From contig CAYRUX010000255.1 of assembly GCA_964427515.1 (NCBI GenBank), positions 1 to 51,658 on the forward strand: 51,658 nucleotides of DNA, read 5' to 3'. Source of the DNA: an uncultured Rhizobiaceae bacterium. Lineage in GTDB: Bacteria > Pseudomonadota > Alphaproteobacteria > UBA828. Positions 10,578 through 20,403 of the stretch are shown in pieces (the stretch's first letter is position 1; every line of letters starts with the position of its first letter). Below the pieces are notes generated by a model that worked only from the letters and a program-made list of their open reading frames with translations, did not search any database and was not told where the DNA came from. The translations under genes and the position numbers were made by a program.

Positions 10578-12770
10578 GTGAAGCAGGTTATACAAAATGC
10601 TCGAACGGGTAAAGTCTCTATCGCAGAGGTGCCGTCCCCCGCGTGTCGACCTGGTAACATTCTTGTAAGAAATAACTCTTCAATAATAAGTATAGGTACG
10701 GAACGTTCGATCGTTGAATTAGGCAAAAAGTCGCTCATTGGAAAAGCTCGGGCTAGACCAGATTTAGTGAAAAGGGCTATTGAAAAAGCACGAACAGAAG
10801 GAATAACTGCAACTATTCAAGAAGCGAAGGGTCGGTTAGAAACTCCCACACGCTTAGGTTATAGTTGTGCTGGAATTGTAACCCAATGTGGTCTTGAAGT
10901 AACAAAATTTTCCCCAGGTGACCGTGTGGCTTGTATTGGGTCAAATGCAGCAAACCATGCTGAATTCATTTCTGTCCCAGAAAATCTTGCAGCAATTGTT
11001 CCTGCAAACGTGCTAATAGAACATGCCGCCTTTGGACAAATTGCAATTATTGCATTGCATGGAATTCGTTCAGCAAAACTTAGTTACGGTTCTACTGTTG
11101 CTGTTATCGGACTTGGGTTGTTAGGGCTTATCACGGTACAGATTCTTCGCGCATACGGGTTCGTAGTAATTGGTATGGATCCTGATCAATCAAAATGCGA
11201 TTTAGCCACTCTGCATGGAGCTGAATTTGCTACTGATAATTCTAATCAACTAAACAGTACTATCTTAGGTTGTTCAGACGGAACTGGTGCTGACAGTGTA
11301 ATTATTACTGCTACTAGTAAAACTGTAGATCCCTTAGAAAATGCCATTAATGTTACTCGTATCGGTGGGCGTATAGTAATCGTAGGTGCTATTCCAATTC
11401 AAGCAGATCGCCAATCGTTATGGGAATAAGAAATAGAGTTAATTATTTCAAAGGCAGGTGGCCCAGGATCTTTAGTTCCAGAATATGAGGAGAATGGAGT
11501 AGATTACCCCACCGATCTCGTACGTTGGACAGAAAATCGAAACCTTAAAGAATACTTACGACTCCTATCAAGAGGTCTGGTAGACATTACCCCCCTAATC
11601 ACTCATCGGTTCCCACTTAATCAGGCAAATGAGGTTTATGACAAATTATCAAATGGCTCATTATCGAATGCTATAGCAATAGCATTTGAATACCAGAAGG
11701 AAGTCGAGGTCAATCGGACAATTCCCCTCAAGATGGAGCAAAAAAGGGTTAAACCTACAACTCTGACTCTTGGCGTGATAGGTGCAGGGTTATTTGGTCA
11801 GTCATCTCTACTACCCGTTCTTAGACGAATATCCAACATAAAGAAAAAAACCATTGCAACACTAAGTGGAATTTCTTCACAAAAAAGCGCAGAAAAATTT
11901 GGTTTTAGTACCTCCACCACAGATAGTGAATTTCTACTTCAAGATAAGGATATTAATGGTGTAATTATCATAGCACCTCATAGTGTTCATGCTGAGCTAA
12001 CAATGCGTTCACTTGAATGCGAAAAACACGTGCTAGTTGAAAAGCCACTATGTACAAATTGGGAAGAATATTCACGTATTGAATCAGTACTATCAGATAC
12101 TGGAACAAAACATTTATTACTCATGGTGGGGCACAATCGAAGACATTCGCCACATACTGAAAAAATACGGCTTGCATTGAAAAATCGTAACGAACCTTTG
12201 GTGGTTAGTTATCGAGTGAATGCCGGATTCGTAAGCTCCGATCATTGGGTGCATTCAACAGAAGAGGGTCGTAGCAGGATAATTGGGGAAATGAGTCACT
12301 TTGTAGATATTATGCAATACTTGACTGGTGCCGACCCCATAAGAGTAATGGCCGAACGAGTTCAAGGAAATAATAGAAGCACAATTAACAATGATAATAT
12401 AGTTGCCGTTTTTAAGTTTTCTGACGGTTCCGTGGGTCAATTGACTTACGCAGCCAATGGCAACCGGTCACTTGGGCGTGAAAGCCTTGAGGTATTCTGG
12501 CAAGAAAATACTGCAATATGTTTAGATTACAAGAAAACTCGTATTCACACCAAGCGAGGTATAAAACGATTTAATACTAATAACCGAGAAATGGGGTATG
12601 CACAGGAAATATCACATTTTTCAAAAGTAATTGCTGGGAAAATAGAGCCAAAAACATCTAGACACGAAATTTTAATAACCATGAAAACTATATTTGCTAT
12701 TGAACAGTCATTGGCAACTGGGCTACCAGTTGCCATTAGCACTTTTAAGACCAATGATGACCAAATATGA
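10578..12770 (+). pseudogene. Second bi-domain oxidoreductase, interrupted by a single in-frame TAA at 11427-11429
   Basis: ORFs 10578..11429 and 11733..12770 are in the same frame. The gap reads WE*EIELIISKAGGPGSLVPEYEENGVDYPTDLVRWTENRN, aligning with YEKEL...RWTEQRN of the upstream paralog. The stop could also be a sequencing error. Confidence 0.85.
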
Positions 12771-13993
12771 ATATAATTTTAGTCACTGATGCGTATCCTC
12801 CAGAAATACGATCCTCTTCCCATTTAATGTATGAAATGGCTCATGAATTAAATTCTTTAAACCACAACATTACTGTTCTAACTTCCTGGCCTCGATATAA
12901 TCTAAACAAAAGCATGCAAAAAAGTTCGTTTAAAGAATTGACCTTTGAAGACGGAATACGAGTAATTCGCGTCAAAACACTACCACATCATAAAGTCAGT
13001 TTTATAACCCGGGGTATTTCACAACTAATCATGCCCTGGCAATTTCTTGCCTGCCTAAAAAAACATTCCACAGAAATTTTCCACGCAGCTATAGTTTACA
13101 GCCCACCTTTACCTCTCTACCGAGTGGGCGCATCTTTGCGCAAAAAAGGTGCCCATTTTATATTAAATGTTCAGGATCTATTTCCCCAAAACGCAATTGA
13201 TCTTGGTATATTACGAAATAGTATTTTAATCTCTATATTTCGGACAATCGAGCGAACTGCATATAAACATGCGGACCAGATATTGCTACATTCTGAAAAT
13301 AATCAGAATTACATAAAAAAATCTCACCCCAAAATTAGTGCGAAATGCAACGTATTGCATAATTGGGTAGACACTGAAATTTATAACATACCGCATAGTA
13401 ACAACTACCGAATAAAATATGGTCTTAAAAATAAGTTTATAATTGGCTTTGCAGGAGTTATGGGGCCGTCACAACAATTGAATTTAATTTTAGATGCAGC
13501 CAAGGAACTTCAACATATCAAAGATTTGGTATTTTTATTTGTAGGAGACGGGGGAGAGTTAAATAATTTAAAGCGTATTTCTCATGATCAAGGTCTGTCC
13601 AATGTTCATTTTCAACAATTTGTTGATAGAGATGAATATCCTGAGTTGCTCAAGAATTTCGACGTAGGTTTAGTCTGTCTTAGCCCAAAAAACCATACTC
13701 CAGTAGTACCGGGTAAATTACTTACCTATATGGCAGCTGGCATACCCGTTTTAGCAGTTCTCCATAGAGAAAGTGACGGCAACTCTATTGTCCAGAATGC
13801 TAAATGCGGTATTGCAGTTCCCTCAGATAATCCGGAAGAAATAAAAGACGCAATTGAAAGATTGCTTAATAGTCGCGATAAACTCCTAAATTGGGGAAGA
13901 AATGGCACGAACTATGTTAGTGCAAACTTCGAAAAACGTTCAGTAATGCTTAAATTAACGTCAGACCTAAAACGTCATACCAATCAATTGTAA
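12767..13993 (+). CDS. GT4 glycosyltransferase, WbuB/Cap5L-like
   Basis: Motifs YPPE, VLTSWPRYN, YSPPL, NVQDLFPQNAIDLG, NWVD, AGVMGPSQ and PGKLLTYMAAGIP. ATGA overlap with the previous gene. Confidence 0.88.
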   Translation: MNIILVTDAYPPEIRSSSHLMYEMAHELNSLNHNITVLTSWPRYNLNKSMQKSSFKELTFEDGIRVIRVKTLPHHKVSFITRGISQLIMPWQFLACLKKHSTEIFHAAIVYSPPLPLYRVGASLRKKGAHFILNVQDLFPQNAIDLGILRNSILISIFRTIERTAYKHADQILLHSENNQNYIKKSHPKISAKCNVLHNWVDTEIYNIPHSNNYRIKYGLKNKFIIGFAGVMGPSQQLNLILDAAKELQHIKDLVFLFVGDGGELNNLKRISHDQGLSNVHFQQFVDRDEYPELLKNFDVGLVCLSPKNHTPVVPGKLLTYMAAGIPVLAVLHRESDGNSIVQNAKCGIAVPSDNPEEIKDAIERLLNSRDKLLNWGRNGTNYVSANFEKRSVMLKLTSDLKRHTNQL

Positions 13994-14246
13994 CCAATCA
14001 TGGTTCATTGGATTTGAGATGGAAATATTTCAAAATTCTTAAATACAATTCCATATCCTAATGAAAATATTGTATTTTCTTTTTTCTTCTATTTAGTGTT
14101 AGTGTTTTTCTAGGGGATATCTGACTGTGGTTTTCTACCTGCGGGTTGCTGTACTTCTTGGAAGTATGGGGGCGAGTTTTCGCTTTCCTTCTTTACCGTT
14201 TAGTAGGTCTGATCTGTGCTGTTTTAGCTGAAGTTAGAAAGAAAAT

Positions 14247-15356
14247 ATGAAAATTGATAAAGAAACTTTAGCTAAAGTTGTCGATGAATTCATTCATGAA
14301 GTGAATGATTTCGGATACGAACTATCAACCCGATGTCAACGTGACAATCAAGTCAACGGCCGAGGGGCTTTTACTGATCTTGAAGGAATTGTTTTATATT
14401 CATTAATTCGAAAATATCGCCCAAATCTGATATTTGAAATTTCTCCAGATACTGGTATGTCTACAAACTATATTCTCCAGGCAGTAAAAAAGAATGATCA
14501 TGGTAAAGTGATAGGATTTGAGTTGGAAGAAGAAAAACGTAATTATACCTTAAAACCAACCATTGATGTCATCAAAGAGAATCAAGTTGATCCAAGTCTT
14601 GTGGATAAGTTTTATACTCTCGTGCTTGGAAATGCGACGGAAACTTGCCGTCTTGATACTTATGGAAAACCCGATCTCATACTAATTGACTCATGTCATG
14701 AAGACTGGTTTGCTAAATGGTATCTTAGTTATCTTTTACCGAATGTACGCCTGTTCAGCCTGATTCAAGACATATCTTATGAGCACCGTATAGAAGACTC
14801 AACGGAAGCTGAGTTAGTACGTGACGCTATTGAGAAAAATAACACGAATTTTATCTTAGTTGATAGTTTGCGTGGTTATTTAACTCACGTTTTTGAACGT
14901 ATGCCGATAAAAAACATACTAACGAATAGTATTTTAATAGGTGGAAAAGATACTGAAATTATTTCAACGGCTAGCATAGCCGGCATAGGGTTGTATAATA
15001 GTTCATTAAAAGATCCGTCGATTTTACAGGATCCTAACAAAAGAGCTCATCTTTTAAATACAAGTTTCCCCGGGGGTAAATCACAATTTGCCACCCGCTA
15101 CCTTTCTCTATGTCTTTCATATGAAAAGAATAAGTTTGTCTGCAAAAGCATAAAACATGACTTTCTTGGCGCGCTTAGAATGAGTTCAACATTTCAAAAA
15201 GACCTTCAAATAAGTCTGGTTAACTTAATCAGGCATATTTCAAGATCAACTAACAAAGTGATAGTTCTATCAGCTATCTTAGAACTATGTTATTGCTATC
15301 CGTTTGCGACGACTAGGTGTTTTCTTAGACTTATTAAATTGAGGATATTCAGGTAA
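14247..15356 (+). CDS. Putative class I SAM-dependent methyltransferase (Methyltransf_24-like)
   Basis: Motifs LYSLIRKYRPNLIFEISPDTGMST, VIGFE and DLILIDSCH. Confidence 0.6.
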   Translation: MKIDKETLAKVVDEFIHEVNDFGYELSTRCQRDNQVNGRGAFTDLEGIVLYSLIRKYRPNLIFEISPDTGMSTNYILQAVKKNDHGKVIGFELEEEKRNYTLKPTIDVIKENQVDPSLVDKFYTLVLGNATETCRLDTYGKPDLILIDSCHEDWFAKWYLSYLLPNVRLFSLIQDISYEHRIEDSTEAELVRDAIEKNNTNFILVDSLRGYLTHVFERMPIKNILTNSILIGGKDTEIISTASIAGIGLYNSSLKDPSILQDPNKRAHLLNTSFPGGKSQFATRYLSLCLSYEKNKFVCKSIKHDFLGALRMSSTFQKDLQISLVNLIRHISRSTNKVIVLSAILELCYCYPFATTRCFLRLIKLRIFR

Positions 15357-15413
15357 TGCAAATGTAATAATATCAATAACTCGTTCAACTGCGGAATAGT
15401 TACTATATAGATT

Positions 15414-16979
15414 TTAGAGCCTCTTGCTAAATTCTCCATATTGTTTGAAAAATACCTGATTTTCCACTCCTCTTAGCGCGGACACTATGATCTTCTTCAA
15501 AAACCATTTATTTCTTAGTCCTAATCCTAAAAAATGCCTAAACATTGTTGGACTTGTGGCCATACGCTTTAGCGTAATCGCGGTTTTCTTTCGATTAGCG
15601 TAATTATAAATCGCCTGAATATAATCAGGATCAAATTCATCTGTTTTGATAGTATTAGCCCGTGGAGGGGCTTGGAGAGTATTGCCATGCAGAAGATTAT
15701 GATCAACAACTGTATCGTACAATTCTGTCCCAGGTAGGGGGTTTGCCATCGAGAATGTTGGATAGACGTTATAACGCTTGTACTTGTCTATTGCATAATC
15801 AACGTTACTCTTAATTTCAGAGGCCGTTTCACCCGGTAAACCCAAAACAAAAAAGGCAGATAAGGGCAAACCAACCTGTTTACAAGCCTGCATTACTGGT
15901 TCCACTCTGCTTAAATCAAGTTTCTTCTTCACCACCTCGTCAATAACCCTCTGAACAGAAGATTCTATCGCGATGCAAAGATGCTGACAGCCAGACTTTT
16001 TTGTACGCTTAATTCTTTCAAGAGTCCAGGAATCTGCTCGCACACCGTTCGGCGTATCCCAAGGTATGATTTTATCCATCTCAAGTAGCGCATCCAACAA
16101 CTGCTCGTAACGGGAAATATCATGTGTAAAATTGTCATCCTCGAAGTGAATATAATCTATGTTATAATTGTCAATTAAATGTTGAATGTGAGCTTTGATA
16201 TATTCAGGTGAGTGATGCCTAAACTTATACCCCATTGTTGCCTGTATTGAGCAAAATACACATTGATGCGGACAACCACGACTTGTAAGGATAGTAACCG
16301 CTCGCTTGCCATACTCCCGTACGCGTGGCGCGTACCCATGAGATTGCAAATAAAAATAACGATCCATATCCACTAAATCATAGGCTGGGATAGGCACATC
16401 ATCTAAATTTGGAATAAATGAAATCGGTGCCTTCTTATTTGGGCGCAATAAATCAGCGTCTTCAGAACTACCTAAAATTCCCTGTGCTGAAACCTTTTCT
16501 TCACTATCTAGAGACAAAAGTAACTTATGTAAGCGCTGCTCGCCTTCCCCCATAACCACATAATCTAACGCTTCCTCTTCAATCATCTTTAGCGGAAATG
16601 AAGAAGCATGGGGCCCTCCCAAAACCGTTAGCATTTCAGGAAAATATTTCTTAACCAACCTTGCTGTTTCCAAAGCTCCATGGATCTGCCAAGAAAACAT
16701 GTTAGATATAGCCACCACTTGCGGAGCATACTTCGCAATTTCTGACTTTACTTTACTCCAAGAATCACCAAAAGTTTTTGTCCCATCCTCATAAGAATTA
16801 AATTCCGCACCTAACCGTGCGTCAAAAACTCTAAACTCCCCTTCCCACTTCATTTTTCTTAAATATGATGCCATGTAGAGTGGGCCGAGCGGAATAGATA
16901 TAGTGGGCGCACAATCAATTCCATCCAAACTACGGATTATTTGCGGAGGAACGACGAAGAGAAGTTTCATAAATTCCAC
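15414..16979 (-). CDS. Cobalamin-binding radical SAM protein (class B methylase-like)
   Basis: B12-binding features PLGPLYMASYL, LGGPHAS and VVMGEGE. Radical SAM motif TSRGCPHQCVFC (CxxxCxxC), plus FEDDNF, LGLPGET and PLPGTELY. Confidence 0.92.
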   Translation of the reverse strand: MEFMKLLFVVPPQIIRSLDGIDCAPTISIPLGPLYMASYLRKMKWEGEFRVFDARLGAEFNSYEDGTKTFGDSWSKVKSEIAKYAPQVVAISNMFSWQIHGALETARLVKKYFPEMLTVLGGPHASSFPLKMIEEEALDYVVMGEGEQRLHKLLLSLDSEEKVSAQGILGSSEDADLLRPNKKAPISFIPNLDDVPIPAYDLVDMDRYFYLQSHGYAPRVREYGKRAVTILTSRGCPHQCVFCSIQATMGYKFRHHSPEYIKAHIQHLIDNYNIDYIHFEDDNFTHDISRYEQLLDALLEMDKIIPWDTPNGVRADSWTLERIKRTKKSGCQHLCIAIESSVQRVIDEVVKKKLDLSRVEPVMQACKQVGLPLSAFFVLGLPGETASEIKSNVDYAIDKYKRYNVYPTFSMANPLPGTELYDTVVDHNLLHGNTLQAPPRANTIKTDEFDPDYIQAIYNYANRKKTAITLKRMATSPTMFRHFLGLGLRNKWFLKKIIVSALRGVENQVFFKQYGEFSKRL

Positions 16980-17328
16980 TTGATTCTAGGAATTAGTAAA
17001 AATTCCTTTAATTGTTATTCATTTCAACTACTTTTACTTGACCAAAGCACTAGCTGTACACAATAAATAGGTAAATTAGTCTCGGCTAACCATTTTTCTC
17101 AAGATATTTGCCGAATAACAACTAAAGTCATTGCAATCAATGCATACAACAAACATATAATAAAATGCCATGATCAATGTAACTGTATGATTAACATAGG
17201 TTTAAATAATAAGAAATATAATTCCATACTTCTTATTGTCCAGTATTGATACTATTGTTACCAGTATAGAAATCGACCTGCGCAAACTAGAGAGTGCCAT
17301 TTTAAAATGAAAAAGTTCAAGTAAGAGG

Positions 17329-18378
17329 ATGGCAAAAAGCCCCCTTGACCACTATAAAAACCACCCAATTCTGGTGACCGGTGGCGCCGGAGCAATTGGA
17401 AGTAACTTGGTACAGGCATTATCGCAAGCTGGTGCCAACCCCGTGATTGTTTTAGATGACCTCTCGTCATCTTATGAATGGAATATTCCCAATTTGTCCA
17501 ATGTTCTATTTGTTAAAGGTGATATCCGAAATGATGAAGTATTGAAAAGGGTATTTCGGATGCGCCCCCGTGTTGTATTTCACTTAGCCGCATTTTTTGC
17601 TAATCAAAACTCTGTCGATTATCCAGAAACAGATATTTTAGTTAGTGGTCTAGGAACTATAAAAATTCTAGAACATGCTGTCCTTTCAAATGTAGAAAGA
17701 GTTGTATATGCAGGCTCAGGTTGTGCGATATATGGCGCTGAAGCTCCGCTTCCATTAAAGGAAGATTTTGTTTCTCTCCATCTTTCTACCCCCTATCAGA
17801 TATCAAAGATGACGGGAGAATTATACTGTAACTTTTATTGGCACCACTACGGTTTGGAAATAGTAAAAACACGCTTTTTTAATTCATATGGCCCTGGAGA
17901 GGTTCCTGGCCAATACAGAAACGTAATTCCAAACTTTATATATTGGGCTATGCAAGGACAACCGTTACCTATAACCGGGTCTGGCACGATGACCAGAGAT
18001 TTTACATTTGTGCGAGATATTGTAGATGCCCTAATAAGTGCCGGTTATGTTTCGGATGCTGTGGGACTGGAGATGAATATTGCTTCAGGTGTTGAAACAG
18101 ATATTAATTGGTTAGCAGAACAAATTAATGATCTTACAAACAACAAGGCTGGCATAATAACCGCTAAACGTCGAAAGTGGGATACCAAGTCACGCCTAAA
18201 GGCCAGTATAGAAGTTGCTCGGAACGTATTGAACTATGAACCAAAAATTGACTTTGATAATGGCCTTGAAAAAACAGTTCGATGGTTTCACGACAACTGG
18301 GAAAATATAAAAACAAGTGCAGAGTTTCCTCCTGGAATGTCTTCTGCTGTAAAAAATTTTTCCGCCACAACCAAATAA
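17329..18378 (+). CDS. NAD-dependent nucleotide-sugar epimerase/dehydratase (extended SDR)
   Basis: Motifs TGGAGAIG, HLAAFFANQNS, YQISK (YxxxK), RFFNSYGPGE and TRDFTFV. Confidence 0.9.
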   Translation: MAKSPLDHYKNHPILVTGGAGAIGSNLVQALSQAGANPVIVLDDLSSSYEWNIPNLSNVLFVKGDIRNDEVLKRVFRMRPRVVFHLAAFFANQNSVDYPETDILVSGLGTIKILEHAVLSNVERVVYAGSGCAIYGAEAPLPLKEDFVSLHLSTPYQISKMTGELYCNFYWHHYGLEIVKTRFFNSYGPGEVPGQYRNVIPNFIYWAMQGQPLPITGSGTMTRDFTFVRDIVDALISAGYVSDAVGLEMNIASGVETDINWLAEQINDLTNNKAGIITAKRRKWDTKSRLKASIEVARNVLNYEPKIDFDNGLEKTVRWFHDNWENIKTSAEFPPGMSSAVKNFSATTK

Positions 18379-18464
18379 TTTACGTTAGTTATTGATGCAA
18401 AAATATTTCATGAGAAAGTCGCTATCATAGAATTAGTTGAAAAATTCCAGAATAATACGGCGCT

Positions 18465-19208
18465 ATGAAATTACTGTTTGAAATTTTTGTTTTACCTCCT
18501 TTCAATTGTATATTATTGATCCTAATTGGATTGATAATACTGCGTTGGCGTTTTAGGCTTGGCGTTTGGATTATATCGATCGCGTTGTTAGTCCTGTACG
18601 CGTTCAACACCCCTGCAGTTAATAAGGCTATTACAGATGCAGTTCACTCCGGAGAGCCTATAACATACTCGGTATCACAAAAATCCTTGGGAAAGGCTAT
18701 TGTTGTTCTTGGTGCTGGAAAATATCTTAACGCAACGGAATATTTTGGAGATACAATACGCGGGCGAGCACTTGAGAGAGTACGTTATGGTGCATTTTTA
18801 CATCGTAATACAGGAAAACCTATTTTGGTAACTGGAGGTGACCCTAAGAATACCGGCAGTAGCGAAGCACATCTTATGGAGGCAGTCCTAACAAATGAAT
18901 TTGGTGTCCCAGTAAAATGGTTGGAACCTAGATCAAAGAACACATTTGAGAGCGCCCGCAATAGTTGGGAAATACTTTATAATGAGGGCATAACACAAAT
19001 ATATCTAGTTACCCATTATGCTCATATGGCTCGAGCTAAGGCGGCCTTCGAGAGAGCCGGGTTTGATGTTATACCCGCTCCAACAATAAAATTACGACAT
19101 TCTGAATTCTCTGGAAAAGATTTACTGCCTAATTCCTATGCCGCAGAAGCAGGTAAAGCTGCAATCACAGAGTGGGTTGGGGGCATATGGTACAAATTAA
19201 GGTACTAA
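18465..19208 (+). CDS. YdcF/ElyC/SanA family (DUF218) protein
   Basis: Two N-terminal TM segments, AIVVLGAG, ILVTGG, SEA..M, E.RSKNTFESA, LVTHYAHMARA and EWVG. Confidence 0.88.
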   Translation: MKLLFEIFVLPPFNCILLILIGLIILRWRFRLGVWIISIALLVLYAFNTPAVNKAITDAVHSGEPITYSVSQKSLGKAIVVLGAGKYLNATEYFGDTIRGRALERVRYGAFLHRNTGKPILVTGGDPKNTGSSEAHLMEAVLTNEFGVPVKWLEPRSKNTFESARNSWEILYNEGITQIYLVTHYAHMARAKAAFERAGFDVIPAPTIKLRHSEFSGKDLLPNSYAAEAGKAAITEWVGGIWYKLRY

Positions 19209-19300
19209 TTTAATATACGAAACTACGCCGCCACCTGTATACTTGGAAATTGGATTCGACCTTCAAGGCAACACATATTTAAAGGTAAAATAAACTCTTA

Positions 19301-20302
19301 ATGTACCTAGCACCTGCCTTAGCTTCAATTTTAACTGGTATAGTTTGCCTGTTTGCTTGGCCTTTGGGTAAATCACTCAATGTGTTAGATTTCCCTGACA
19401 ACAAACGAAAACGTCATAAAGTTCCAACACCACTCATCGGTGGCCTGGCAATTGTAGCACCATTACTAGGAACTGGCATATATTTATGCCTCAATAGTAC
19501 TCAGTCACAGATCTTTATAGCAATTTGTATTGCAATCGCCGGCGCATTTATTATTGGATTTCTAGACGATAAGTACGATGTGAGTCCTGCCGTAAGGTTA
19601 TTTTTAACATTTATTTTGTGCATTGGTTTCCTTTCAAATCACCCACAACTTATTGTTGGAATTTTGCATTTCTCAATAGACAACTATTCCCTTAGTGTAG
19701 GTCGCTGGGCTTGGCCTTTAACATTATTATCTGTATTGGGATTCATATATTCATTTAATATGACGGACGGAATGAATGGTTTGGCAATTGGACAAGCTTT
19801 GATTTGGTCCGTTTTACTGTGCGTATTAAGCAATGGAGATATCCAATGGTTTCTTATAACGAGTGCTTGTGTCTTAAGCGTAGCATTCTATTTTAATATT
19901 CGTGGCAAGGTATTTTTAGGAGACTCGGGTGCCTACGCTCTATCCGCAATGTTTGCAGTTATAATGATACACAGCTACATGGAAGTACCAAGTTTTAAAT
20001 TTGATATAATTATTATTTGGACCCTAATACCAATCGTCGATTGTTGTCGCTTAATTATAACTAGAATAGCTAGAGGGACTTCACCGCTATCCCCCGATGA
20101 AAATCACTTTCATCATCTGCTTTCTACCATCCTACCCAGCAATCTCACGGTACCCACGATTTTGGCTTCTCTTGCTTGTGCGGGAGCACTAACCATTACG
20201 TTACCAGAGCATACAATACTATGGCTTGGCATATCGTTAGCATTATATATTCTAGTTCTTATCATAACTGCTATAAAAAGGCAGAGGAGTAGAACAATAT
20301 AA
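19301..20302 (+). CDS. wecA: MraY/WecA-family undecaprenyl-phosphate HexNAc-1-phosphate transferase
   Basis: Polytopic membrane protein with RKRH..PTPLIGG, GFLDD, FNMTDGMNG, FLGDSG and PDENHFHH. Confidence 0.85.
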   Translation: MYLAPALASILTGIVCLFAWPLGKSLNVLDFPDNKRKRHKVPTPLIGGLAIVAPLLGTGIYLCLNSTQSQIFIAICIAIAGAFIIGFLDDKYDVSPAVRLFLTFILCIGFLSNHPQLIVGILHFSIDNYSLSVGRWAWPLTLLSVLGFIYSFNMTDGMNGLAIGQALIWSVLLCVLSNGDIQWFLITSACVLSVAFYFNIRGKVFLGDSGAYALSAMFAVIMIHSYMEVPSFKFDIIIIWTLIPIVDCCRLIITRIARGTSPLSPDENHFHHLLSTILPSNLTVPTILASLACAGALTITLPEHTILWLGISLALYILVLIITAIKRQRSRTI

Positions 20303-20403
20303 AACCGAATGTTAGCGTAACTTACCTGGCCCTTAATCCCTGATAAGCTTACCCACTCTCTAAAAGGGTTAGAGGCATTGATGGTAGATTTTTATTAATG
20401 TTG

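Noticed and set aside
20358-20374. Hairpin CTCTAA-AAGGG-TTAGAG between convergent genes as a terminator
   Set aside because: Only a 6 bp AT-rich stem with no adjacent U-tract; too weak to call.
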